Translations under genes and position numbers: made by a program
Part shown: piece after piece, positions 63,832 to 64,000 of the stretch
How positions within the stretch are numbered: position 1 is the stretch's first letter
How the letters are laid out: the number at the start of each line of letters is the position of its first letter
The notes under the pieces: generated by a model
What the model was told of the DNA's origin: nothing
Database searches by the model: none
What the model saw: only the letters and a program-made list of their open reading frames with translations
Source: a virus
Taxonomy: Duplodnaviria > Caudoviricetes
DNA: 64,000 nucleotides
IMG/VR virus record: IMGVR_UViG_3300032219_002765
Location: 15,693-79,692 of that record
Reading direction: 5' to 3' (one strand)

Positions 63832-64000
63832 TCACCTGGCGCGAGCGTATTGAAGGGGCGACTCAGCAAATGCTGCGTATATCAGTGTTGCTCCGTTGAC
63901 ATTGGTTCCACCCACACCTTTGCGCAACTTGAAACCGTTTGACAAGAAGTCAACACCGTTGTTGCCATCATCAGCAGTTTCCGCTAAAGATTGGTCTGCA
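63832..64000 (-). CDS. C-terminus of a second LamG-type tail fibre (truncated by the window end)
   Basis: Hand translation ...VDFLSNGFKLRKGVGGTNVNGATLIYAAFAESPLQYARAR*, paralogous to the end of 59602..61998. Confidence 0.85.
   Translation of the reverse strand, partial: ADQSLAETADDGNNGVDFLSNGFKLRKGVGGTNVNGATLIYAAFAESPLQYARAR

Noticed and set aside
59602-64000. Diversity-generating retroelement acting on the fibre C-termini
   Set aside because: The paralogous ends differ at all base types rather than only at adenines, and no reverse transcriptase is present in the window.

Overview
This 64 kb window looks like most of the genome of a lytic dsDNA cyanophage, probably short-tailed and infecting freshwater Synechococcus/Cyanobium-type hosts. 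From memory the gene content resembles S-EIV1-like phages; I did not verify this by search. Evidence for the host group is an NblA-like gene, speD and many small ORFs of cyanophage type. I found no integrase, tape measure, tail sheath or CRISPR array. Layout: (i) 1-29.1 kb, mostly minus strand: head and packaging genes (MCP, scaffold, portal, TerL), putative internal virion proteins, many interspersed glycosylation and methylation enzymes, an array of tiny translationally coupled genes and two tRNAs. (ii) 29.15-30.5 kb: a divergent non-coding control region containing a densely structured ~500-nt segment that starts at a predicted transcription start. (iii) 30.5-53.3 kb, plus strand: small early genes, a MoxR AAA+/VWA module, PolA, SSB-like proteins, an exonuclease and a primase-helicase. 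(iv) 53.4-64 kb, mostly minus strand: endolysin, holin-like genes, speD, a GT47-like enzyme and tail fibre genes. Best leads for new biology: the candidate large structured early RNA with nearby tRNA-like mini-elements; a dispersed nine-enzyme glycan system that may glycosylate the virion; a 506-nt portal/scaffold dual-coding overlap; an antisense nblA-like gene; two apparent pseudo-enzymes (a dead MTase and a dead HNH fused to an HTH); and a protein with four clamp-binding-like motifs. All family calls come from motif recognition by eye; no database search was run.
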